DNA of 64,000 nucleotides from Pocillopora damicornis (Eukaryota): NCBI RefSeq assembly GCF_003704095.1, contig NW_020845487.1, positions 310,001 to 374,000 of the forward strand, read 5' to 3'. Shown piece by piece: positions 1 to 9,837 of this stretch (position 1 is its first letter; each line of letters starts with the position of its first letter). The notes under the pieces were generated by a model. It saw only the letters and a program-made list of their open reading frames with translations, ran no database searches and was not told where the DNA came from. The position numbers and the translations under genes were made by a program.

Positions 1-196
1 TTTAAGATCCTTAAGTAAAAGGTAACATTCCCTCTGTTTTCTTAGTCGTTATATAATAATACCAAATATAAATTTTTTTTTCTAGAAAACCCATAATCAC
101 ATCCCCACAGAACTTAATATTACTCTCTGAGGCTGTAATTCATACACAAAAAACATAAACATGTACATTCAAGTTTACGTCTCATACTGACGAACC

Positions 197-462
197 AATC
201 ATTGTTTATCAACTAAGGAAGGGAGAAGAGGGCGGATGATTTTAGGGGATCACATGGTTTTCAGGGAGAGCAGGGTGGGGAATCTGTCATCGCCAACAGA
301 ATATAAATAGGGAGCTATAGAAAATTGACTGCCAATTAAATGCCTGTGAGAGGAGATCATGTGATGCCAAAAAGCCTTATAGGGGGATCAGGTTAATTTT
401 ATCTTGACTCAACGAAAATCCTCCACACCCTTCCCCCCCTAAGGAGATGAATAATGACCGGT
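197..462. mobile_element. Degenerate non-autonomous DNA transposon (MITE-like)
   Basis: Imperfect terminal inverted repeats (TCATTGTTTATC..G-rich..GATTTT versus AAAATCCTCC..C-rich..GATGAATAATGA); no coding capacity. Confidence 0.45.
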
Positions 463-492
463 CTCGAACGTCAGTACATACGACTTTTGGGA

Positions 493-1833
493 TTAAAGTC
501 TTCCTAACGGTCTTGATTCCTCGTCGTCTCCCTCAGATTGTCCAAAATTTTCTTCAATCCATGTTTTTTTCCCTGTCTGATCAGGAATAAGCTTAATGAT
601 CTGCACTAGTCCACTCATATTTAATACACGGTACATGTGAGCATCAGATGAACTTGCCATCTGTACCAATTCTTTGATCCCCTCAAGGTATTCTCCTACG
701 GCGATTACAAATATTTCAATTCCCATCAGTTTAAGTTCAAACGCACTGGGAATGGTTTCGTTCCTCTTGATATTGGACTGGCCATCTGTGACGATAAGAA
801 TTCTGTGAAAGCTTCCTTGCCGGGCGCCATATTGAGCTTCAACGTACATCCTTTTGCAAAGTTTGAGCGCAGCCTGAGTGTTAGTTTTTCCGCCGGTGCG
901 CCTAATGGCGCCAATTTTTTCATCTGCGATGAAACGCGAGGCGAAGTTGAACTCAATTTTGGCATGAGTTGCATAGGTAACGGCGGCATAGACTGTGTCA
1001 TTTCGTGATTTCCCCACAAGATCTCGCAAAGCTCTCAATCCTTTCACGAATTCTCCACTGCTAACGGAGCTGGATGAATCAACGACAACAATTACGTCAA
1101 AAAAATTTCCCAGGATCTGTCGTTTTTGGATTTTCCTGGCTTCCCCTCCGAAGAAGTTCTTGTAGAGCTTCTTTGCCGTTTCAGCAGCGGGTGGAATGTT
1201 TTGAAATCCTGACGGCGAAGAGAACAAAAGACAAAATTGTCGTTGTTTTCACGATTGCCATATTTACAGAGGCTATGATCGTTTGATGGAGGAAATATGC
1301 ATCTGATGTAAATATCCTTTCATCTGAAAATACCAGGAAACTATTTTCATTGCATTACAGGCGGTTAATATGCCTAAAGCTGATTTCTTGAAACAGCTTA
1401 TGGTGCCCTTGGGTCAGTGTACGTTCAAATATGCAGGTCATTAAACAATTGATCTTTTTTTAACATGGCGCGTTTGTTTAGTGTGTGCTGCACATCGAGT
1501 TTCTAGAATCTAGAAACAGTGGATATAATGACGTGAATGCTCAAGAAGGTGAAATGAAACCACTACAGCACCTTTTTTGTTATTTGAGAGATTTAAAATT
1601 TCGTAAGAACTCTTGGGAGAAGAAGCCGAGTAAACCTGACCTTGCGCAACATCTTCTACTGTGGTGAGTGATTTTGGACGTCAGTGACCTAAATATTTGC
1701 ACATCAGGGGATTGGTTTAAGACTTACTTTTGTAGTAATCCTCCTCGCTGATATCCTTCTCACTGCCACACGAAGTATCAAGACCCCAATAAGCAATCAA
1801 AAGTAAGGCAAATCTAGCTAATTGTGCCATCAT
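493..1833 (-). CDS. Secreted single von Willebrand factor type A (vWA) domain protein, about 273-279 aa; exons 1728-1833, optional microexon 1641-1658, and 493-1208
   Basis: Exon 1 encodes a signal peptide (MMAQLARFALLLIAYWGLDTSCG) and ends at a phase-1 GTAAGT donor. The last exon has a strong polypyrimidine-CAG acceptor at 1209 in matching phase. vWA/MIDAS motifs are present: VIVVVDSSSS (DxSxS), GGKTNT, ILIVTDGQSN and IFVIAVG. Confidence 0.85.
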
Positions 1834-1880
1834 GAAAAAAGGCTGGAGTACAGTATAGTGTCCACTTTAGCCACCTGACC

Positions 1881-1957
1881 GGGATATCCCCTTTCCAGTT
1901 ACTCACGCTTAACTCGCGCGTGTATGATAGCTCACGCACATGTAACTCGCGCGTGTA
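1881..1957. promoter_or_regulatory. Putative promoter of the vWA gene: NF-kB-like palindrome plus a duplicated 15-mer
   Basis: GGGATATCCC (1881-1890) fits GGGRNWYYCC. TAACTCGCGCGTGTA occurs at 1910-1924 and 1943-1957. Both lie 50-125 bp upstream of the ATG. Confidence 0.4.
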
Positions 1958-2230
1958 CGAAGTAATGGGCTTGTTGTTGTTGATATTCACAAAGGTGTTG
2001 GCTGTGTTCCAAACCATTCGCAAAGGGCTCACTGCCTTTGCCGAAAAAGGAAAACAATTTCCTTTCTTTAGAGAAATCTAAAAGCCCTTTGGCATTTCCC
2101 CTCTAAGTTTAAGAGAAACCGGGGAGGCCGAGGTTTTTCTTAAGTGGCGGTTAAGGGAGAAAGGAATTGGTGCAACACTATTTGCGAGAGATTTAATACC
2201 CTCAGCGGGAAGCGATTCTTTAAAACATGT

Positions 2231-2281
2231 TACCGTAATTTCCGGTCGTTTACCCGCACGGCCGATTACCCGCACCGGCCG
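2231..2281 (+). mobile_element. Terminal inverted repeat of a pogo/Tc1-mariner-type element, truncated by an assembly gap
   Basis: TA|CCGTAATTTCCGGTCGTTTACCCGC matches the termini at 3149, 7075 and 7755; TA target dinucleotide. Confidence 0.6.
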
Positions 2282-3148
2282 NNNNNNNNNNNNNNNNNNN
2301 NNNNNNNNNNNNNNNNNNNNNNNNNNNNNNNNNNNNNNNNNNNNNNNNNNNNNNNNNNNNNNNNNNNNNNNNNNNNNNNNNGTGATAGACCATGGTCAAC
2401 TACAGTCAAGTTACTCAATTGAAGCATGACAGTTCATTGTCAACCAAGATTTTAACTAAAACTGACCATGATTAAACATGGCCAAACATTGAATTTCTCT
2501 GCATGACAAGTCGGGTATTAACAAACCTATTTAAATGGTCTAAAAACCCTGATAGGTTAAATCAAACTACGCCGTCTAGGGTTAAAAACACTCATCACAA
2601 CAATTTTATTTTGGCTTATAAATCAACCTAAGCATTCCGTTTCTATGTCACTCCGTGATTACATTGAATCATTCTATGCCATAGTCAGTGCCGTTTGATT
2701 TGGCAAATCATGATTAAAACTTCTACAAACATACGACATACCAGTAAAAATTTAATAAGTGTAAGCCCGTTTATTAATTAACCAAGCAGTATACTTAAGC
2801 AATTTGGAACTAGATGGTTAAAATTAACTTTTATATAAATGACAGACTTGACCCTTGACAATCTCATAATCACTTTAATTGAATCCCATTCAATACCTTG
2901 CTGACGTGTACTTCCCGCTCAAATTTTTTGGATGACTTACATTTTAGCATTGACAACTAAAACTGTTGTCTTAGTTTCCTCCCATGCATCGTTTCGCAAA
3001 GATTTCCCAGCAGTTCTCAATTAACTCTTTCACATTTTGACTAGGCTGAAACATTGGAATTTTCAGTCTGATACATAGGTTGCCGCAATCTTTTCCTTCA
3101 GAGATAGTTTTCACTAAAGGAAATTAATTGAATTTAAAAGGAAACGGT

Positions 3149-3195
3149 TACTGTAATTTCCGGCCGATTACCCGCGCGGAAGATAACCAGCACCC
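3149..3195 (+). mobile_element. pogo/mariner-type TIR copy; partner end not found
   Basis: TA|CTGTAATTTCCGGCCGATTACCCGCG is the same TIR family as 2231 and 7077-7755. Confidence 0.5.
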
Positions 3196-6100
3196 AACCA
3201 CAAAACAAAATCGTCGACTCACACAAAGTTCCTCTATTGTTTTTGTTGATATGAGATCCTTCAGCGTGCAATGAATAAATTTTCACATTTCTTGTTTTCG
3301 ATGTTTTATTGTGAATGATACCACTTGTAAAAATCTGTTCTCAAAAAAAAAAATCGATATCTTGAGATCTAGTGAGTCGAAGAAATCGCTTGAAACGGGA
3401 AATACTCTGTAACTCAAGACAGCGCCAGCTACGAATATTTCACTGATGCGTCGAATAAAGAACTATTGCATCATTCCTTATCCGGTGCCATGAAAGAAAC
3501 ATGCCGGCATCATTTTCCGTATGAATTGCTCAAAAGCCTGCTTTTTCACAATTCAATTATTTAATTTTCAAGTTCATTACCCGTGTAAGTGGGAATTATT
3601 TTTTTCAAAAACCAAGAAACAAGCAGTGAAATTGACAAGGTAAGGAAGTAAGAGTACAAACAAGATAAAAGCTTTGCTATCGAGTTTTGTAGATACGTTT
3701 TCGATTTACATCGGCTTTCATCGAGAGCTTAGAAGTCACTAATTATAATGAGCAATCTGCACGAAATAAATGAGTTATTTTAGAGACTGTTTGAAGAGTA
3801 TCTTCAGTGAATCTTATCGTCTCTGTTAAATCCAACTTAAAGTTTTACAACTATACCGGAAGCATTAAAAATTAGCGTATTGTCCGCACATTCCTATAAC
3901 CCGCACCAACAACTGTTTGTCTCTGATGATGTCAAATTTTTTTTCTACCTCATTACGATTGTTTATCCAGAACCCCTTTTTAATTTGTACATTTCTCTTG
4001 AAACTCTCTTGAAAACTCATCCTCAAGTAAATTCAGGGGTTATATAATCAGATTTCTATGAAATAGATGAAGACATCTCATTCACTATTTGCGGCTATTC
4101 GATGATTTATTCGGAACACCTTCATACTAGGAGCAATATTAATTTTACAAGCCTCCATCATCACTTAAGACATGTTCAATTTTATATATTGTGTCACCGT
4201 TGACAGTTTTGTCAGTAATTAATACCATTCATCCATATTATACAACCTATGTAACTGAAAATTGCCACTCCTGCGATTGGTAGAAACAGGGTTCAATCAG
4301 TTTCTAAAGTGCACTCCCTTCTAATGACTTTTTAAAGCAGCATGCCTCTAAAGAAAGTGAAGTCCGATCAAACAGTATTCAGTTTCTTGGATCTTATGCA
4401 GTTGATGCAAGCTTGCCTTGGTTGACACTAGATTATTGCCACAAGAAGAACCCACCTGACACTTCGAGTATACCTAATAAATAACTGCTCAATACGAACC
4501 CATATTTAAATACCATTCTAATGTACAAGTTGGCTTTTGTGCTGAAGGTAGCAGAGCTGAATAACAAAATGCTACATCACAGGTATTTGGTCGACAATCC
4601 AGAATCAAGCATGCAAGATTTAAAATTCAAGAAAACTTGCAGAAAAAAAGGGGCAGCCATTTAAAACCAAGGCATTTTCCTATTTCAAGTGTTTTTACTT
4701 GGAGAAAATTAATTCTGAAAATATTTAGGGGGTGTACAAAGTTTTTAGAGGTTGTTCTGTTAAAGAATAGCAGGTGAGCTCACACATTTGTGAAGGAGAT
4801 TGTAAGAACCCTTTCACGAAAGCTCAGAGTTGAAGTTCAAAGAAGACCATCTCATCTTAAACACAAGGCAAACAACGCATCAAAGTAACAGAATGAAAAT
4901 CAAACATGCAAATGACACAAAATCTGTTTTTTGCATCAAAGTCTAGCACATGCGCAGTGGTTATTCAGCTCTGCAGCTGAAGGCAGTACTCCCTTAAAGA
5001 CTTGGTGCATGTTAAAAAAGTTGAGTCCACACAATTATATTTCAGATATAGGGTGGTTACCAAGCACTTAACTCTGACCTTTACTCTATGGACAACTAGC
5101 AAAACAGTTCCATAAAATTGTAAATTAAGGATACAATAGACCTTCGTGGGTGTCTTTTGCAAAAAATACTTTTAATGTGCTTTTTGAAGTATAACCACCA
5201 TAAACTATATATCAATGGAAAGGTTATGAAATGCTGACAGGTTATGAAATACACTATTTTTTTTTGCTTGATTTAATCCTAAAGTGAAAGAGGTGTGACA
5301 GTGTTTGTTTGAGCAAATTAACTGCACATCAAATGTGACCACACAAATAAAACTTTTGCACAACCTCAATCCTTAGGGGGCTGGTCTTCAAAATCATGTG
5401 GGGATCTTTCAATATTCTTATTGGTTGCATCACATCAGAGGCCATTGTGGAAGATCCATTTTGGAAAAATGGAAGTCCCCCTTATTGTGTTTTCAGTTGG
5501 TAACTTGGGAGTCTTCAGACCAAATTTCAAGGCAATCCATTAATTTTACATGCCAAACTAAAATGTTCAGATATAGCACATTCACCTAAAAAGGAAGTAG
5601 GTCTTTTTTTTGCTTCCAAAGTTTTCCTAACAATTCACACCTTTGGGTGACCACATGTCAAGTTATGTGAACACTCTGTAAAGACTCAAAATGCTGACTG
5701 CCAATAGAAACACAGAAGCATCTTGCCGAGTCTTAGGAGACTCTCAGCAAACTCATATTTTTGGGGTAACTAACTAACAGTTCCCTGTGACAGACCTTTA
5801 GTTCAATTCTGCTGAACTACAATTTTGATTTCAACTCATTTCTTTTTTAAACTTAGAAGCGGCTTAAGCATGCTGCGGCAAAACTGGCTGCTGATTGAGT
5901 GTGAGCAACAAAGATTCCCTAAACCATGAGCCTTTATCCAATTTGACAAGATTCTCTAGCCATTCAGCATCAATTTTCTTCCCTTCTTGTGCTGACAGAC
6001 AGGTTTCTGTTTTACTTTCACTGCTGGATTCTCCACATTTTTAATCTTTCTCCATTCACATGCTAGTTTACTAGTTTTACAAGCAGGCAGATAGCAAAGA

Positions 6101-6599
6101 TCTCCAAGTGCAAATGAAATCAGGAGATGTCTACACAATTGGATTGAAAGGATCTGGATATTTTGCCGAAAGAACCCTTCCTGGGTCATTTATGTTGACA
6201 TGTTATAATTGGCTATTAACACTTTGGCAGGCCAAAGAATTCACACCAAGAATACATTTTGGAAAATAACTTGCATATGTTTCAATATTTTATCAAAAAT
6301 GTTTTTGGATACAGTAAACAAAACAACAAACAAAATTTATTTACTTAAGCAATTAAAATACATATCCAACAATTTTTACCTGCAAAATACCAAAGCTAAC
6401 CAAGGCGGGAGGGAAACAAACGTTAAAAAAAATTATTCAATAACAAGTTTGACTGAACAGAGGAAACGACTAAGCCAATTAGTTAATACATATTACAACT
6501 GGAATAAAATTACACGCAAAAAAAGAAAACCAAAACCAAAACAAATGAAACTAAAAAGATTTATGATAATAATTATTTTTACAAATAAGAGATAATAGA

Positions 6600-7045
6600 C
6601 GCACTTTATTTTTGTAAAGTTTATATCTTTCCCAATCAGTGGAGGAAAAAAAACTCATCTTTTGTTTTAATTGCTTTTTTAATTCCCTTAGTAATCCATG
6701 GTTTTTCCAGCTGTTTACTTTCATGCTGTAACATTAGCTTTGAAATGGTGCATGTATTTATCAGTTTATTTAGCTTGTTATTAAAGGTGGGAAATAACTT
6801 AGAGGGATCCTCAGCAGATGGTAATGACTGCCATGTGAATTCTGACAATTCCAGCAAAAACATTTCTGAGAGAATTATGAAAAGTCACAAATTGCCATTT
6901 TTCCAGGTTTGGTGGTTTCAATAGTTGATTTAAGAACACGAAAGTGAGAAAATGATCTATGAGAACTGAAACAATATTTCCACTAACAGTATAATCTTCA
7001 AATTTGTTTAAGAAAAAGGGTATTATCAATAAGCATGGCAGAGTT
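6600..7045 (-). mobile_element. Degraded non-LTR retrotransposon (CR1/L2-like) ORF2 fragment
   Basis: Frameshifted peptides SGNIVSVLIDHF (end of the APE endonuclease, SDH-like motif) and KPWITKGIKKAIKTKD, typical of the EN-RT linker. Confidence 0.65.
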
Positions 7046-7076
7046 ATTAAAAACCCTTGTCGCTTTGTCAATTGTA

Positions 7077-7755
7077 TCGTAATTTCCGGCCGTTTACCCG
7101 CAGGTAATCTGTTGATTTTGCATTGAATGCGCGCCACTGCAGGTAATAGGGAGGTGTGGGTTATGTGACAATTTTAAAATCTACTGGTAGTTGAATTGAA
7201 NNNNNNNNNNNNNNNNNNNNNNNNNNNNNNNNNNNNNNNNNNNNNNNNNNNNNNNNNNNNNNNNNNNNNNNNNNNNNNNNNNNNNNNNNNNNNNNNNNNN
7301 TAAGTTCATTAATTGACTGTGACGTAGTTACAATTTCAACGAAACACTCCGGTTCTATTGGGCCTAACAAATCCCTTAAAACGGGAAAATTCTCTTCAGC
7401 TCAAGCTAGTGTTAAATGGAAATTTGTTACTGATGCACCGGATATCTTTGGAGTATTTTTGTCACCATCAAGGTTTTGTTTTCACGCGTGCCGATAGCAA
7501 TTTGTTCGTCGCGCAACTAATTATGCGTGAAATAAACTCGAGTCGGCATCATGTTTTAGTGCCGCTTTGCGGCACTCTTAATACAATAAAATTCATTTGA
7601 GAGGTGGAAACGCATGTTGGTGATAATTTTTTTCAATTCAACTACCACTAGATTTTAAAATTGTCACATAACTCGCACCTCCCTATTACCCGCAGTGGCG
7701 CGCGTTTAATGCAAAATCAACAGATTACCCGCGGGTTAACGACCGGAAATTACGG
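7077..7755. mobile_element. pogo/Tc1-mariner-type MITE with about 120-bp TIRs and TA target-site duplication; spans a gap
   Basis: 7077-7200 is the near-perfect reverse complement of about 7632-7755. TA flanks lie at 7075-7076 and 7756-7757. Confidence 0.75.
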
Positions 7756-8589
7756 TATATGCCGCCGCGGCCAACAGTGGGAAAAGTTTATCCGTAAGAC
7801 TAAGGAACTTGAGAGGCCGCTTGGCTTTTCCTCAAGAATTTTTCCAGAAGTGGCGGTTAAGCCGAGATCAGAGAGGAATCGAGGGAGGACTTGTTGCGAT
7901 ATTAATGCAAGCGATTCTGCCTTCTGTGGTCAGTCCTCTCTGGGCTATTTTTATCTGAAGGCAGAACTTATCCACTTTGTCCTTTTTGTTTACCTGGTTG
8001 CCTCATAGGTAGTGGGTCCTGTTTAGGCTGTTGTCATTTGAAAACAGAGCTTTTTTTTCACCGGTTATGTCTTTAATAGTCAGTTCTATCTGAGCAGTTA
8101 TAATCTGAAGATAGAACGTTTTTGTTTTAAACCCTGCGGTTTTTCTTAGGTAGGCTAAAGAGTCGGGCAAAAAAAGCTCAGTGTTAGAGCACCAGACCAG
8201 ACGAAATCTGAAGTACTTGAAGAGGTCGAAGAGTGACTAAGTGATAGAGAATCTTTTGAGTGGGCTCCATTCACATGCATGCAACAAGCAAAACAAAACA
8301 GATCACCATGAGAAGAAAGTTATTTTGAACACTAAAAATTTAATGAACGACACTCTAACATTAAAACTGCAGCTGGGGAACTTGAAAGCTTTCCCGTCCA
8401 ACTGCTGCAGTCATTAGAAAATTTGAATAAATACGGCTCCCACGATTGTTTTGCTCACTTCCTATCAGAAAGATCACACCAACGTAACCGCAAGGAACAC
8501 CTGCTCACTCCATATGCTAGTTGGTTACAGCATGCACCACTCTGTAAAATCCTCACTCTACTGAGTGAGCGCACACGCGAGTGGGAACC

Positions 8590-8810
8590 AAGGATGCAGA
8601 AGCTAGAGGGCAAACGTGTCCCACTGCTGTGGCCCCCGAGTTTAGATCGCAAAGTCGAAGTTCCGTGAGGGTGGATTTCTAAGTTAGAAATTGTACTTGT
8701 TCCGAGGGTCTTTTCTCGCCTTTTCTTACCTCCACAGGAAACGCTCCTCCCTGTTGTATCTCAGTGAAGTAAGTGAACAAAAAGAAACTTCATGGATTCG
8801 CCACTGCTGA
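8590..8810 (+). repeat. Degenerate SINE-like repeat
   Basis: Resembles, from recollection, the common anthozoan SINE body (...CTTGTTCCGAGGGTCTTTTCTC...CCTCCAC..AAAC); heavily diverged. Confidence 0.35.
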
Positions 8811-8815
8811 ATTCT

Positions 8816-9028
8816 TTAACCCTGTCCACCCTAACCGAAGTAATGATATTTTCCATACTCTTCTCTATACATTTCATCTTAGTACTGACAAGGAGAATTC
8901 GTTCAACAATCAAAGCTTATTAGGTTGTCAATCACTTCCTTTATTCTCATGACCTTAATTGAACGATTCAGCATCAATACCGTAAGGAGAAACTAGATGC
9001 TGGTCACTCTTAGGGTTAAAAGGATTAA
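8816..9028. mobile_element. About 210-bp TTAA-flanked piggyBac-like MITE
   Basis: TTAA|CCCT...AGGA|TTAA ends. The internal sequence (CTCCATACT..CTCTATACATTTC..GACAAGGAGAATT) is shared with many copies in this window. Confidence 0.75.
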
Positions 9029-9837
9029 AACGGTGAAGTATACAGTTCCATGTTAGCATATGAAATGCGTGATGAAGATGCTTGAATTACAGGACAAAGT
9101 TAACCTTGGTAAATTCAAAAATACTTTCCACCTGGCGGTTTACAAAGTAACATTTTGTTACATGCATAAATGGTAAGGTTATTATACGAATTGGTGTTTA
9201 AATGACCAAAATTGTCAATTTTCCAAATGGCCTGTTGCTTACTTTTTACAAGACCTTGCGTTAACTAAGATAACCGATTAATATTCAGAATTGGCAAAAT
9301 GAATACCTTGGAAAAATCACATCTAAAATTAATGACGATTACAAACTCTTCTTCGGTAAAAGTGTGCAAAAATCTTAAAACTGGTTTACTTAAGTTATAT
9401 GGTTTGTTCAGTTAAATGTTGTTTAACTATCCTATTAACAGGTTATTAATAAAATAGCACGTTTTTTCGTATATACGTAATAAAATAGTCAGTTTGATTT
9501 TCTGAAACTTTTTTTGATCTAATGTAAAAAACCACACACAGGTTTTATTGGGGGGGGGAGGGAGAGGAGGGAGGGAGGGAGGGAGGGGGTATCATTTAAC
9601 CAAAAAAGAATAAATACCCCAAGGATCGCAAGAATCCAAAGCGACTAGCGACTACTGTCTTGGACAACTTACGTATCCCAAGTTGTCTGTGTACGCTTGG
9701 TAGTTAAAAGCAATTCTGAGACACTTGTTGGCCAAAGGGAAATGTTCAAGTCTTATGACAAAGGTGTCGTCGTTTTGATACAAAAGGGACCAAAGCGATA
9801 ACGTCGTAAGTAAACAATGCATGGAATTTCTTTTGTC

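Noticed and set aside
1180-1262. MAIVKTTTILSFVLFAV, an apparent frameshifted signal peptide for the vWA ORF
   Set aside because: It is the polypyrimidine tract and acceptor of the intron; a proper signal-peptide exon exists at 1728-1833.
6209-6595. 128-aa Lys/Asn-rich ORF
   Set aside because: A low-complexity product of A-rich sequence antisense to a LINE tail.
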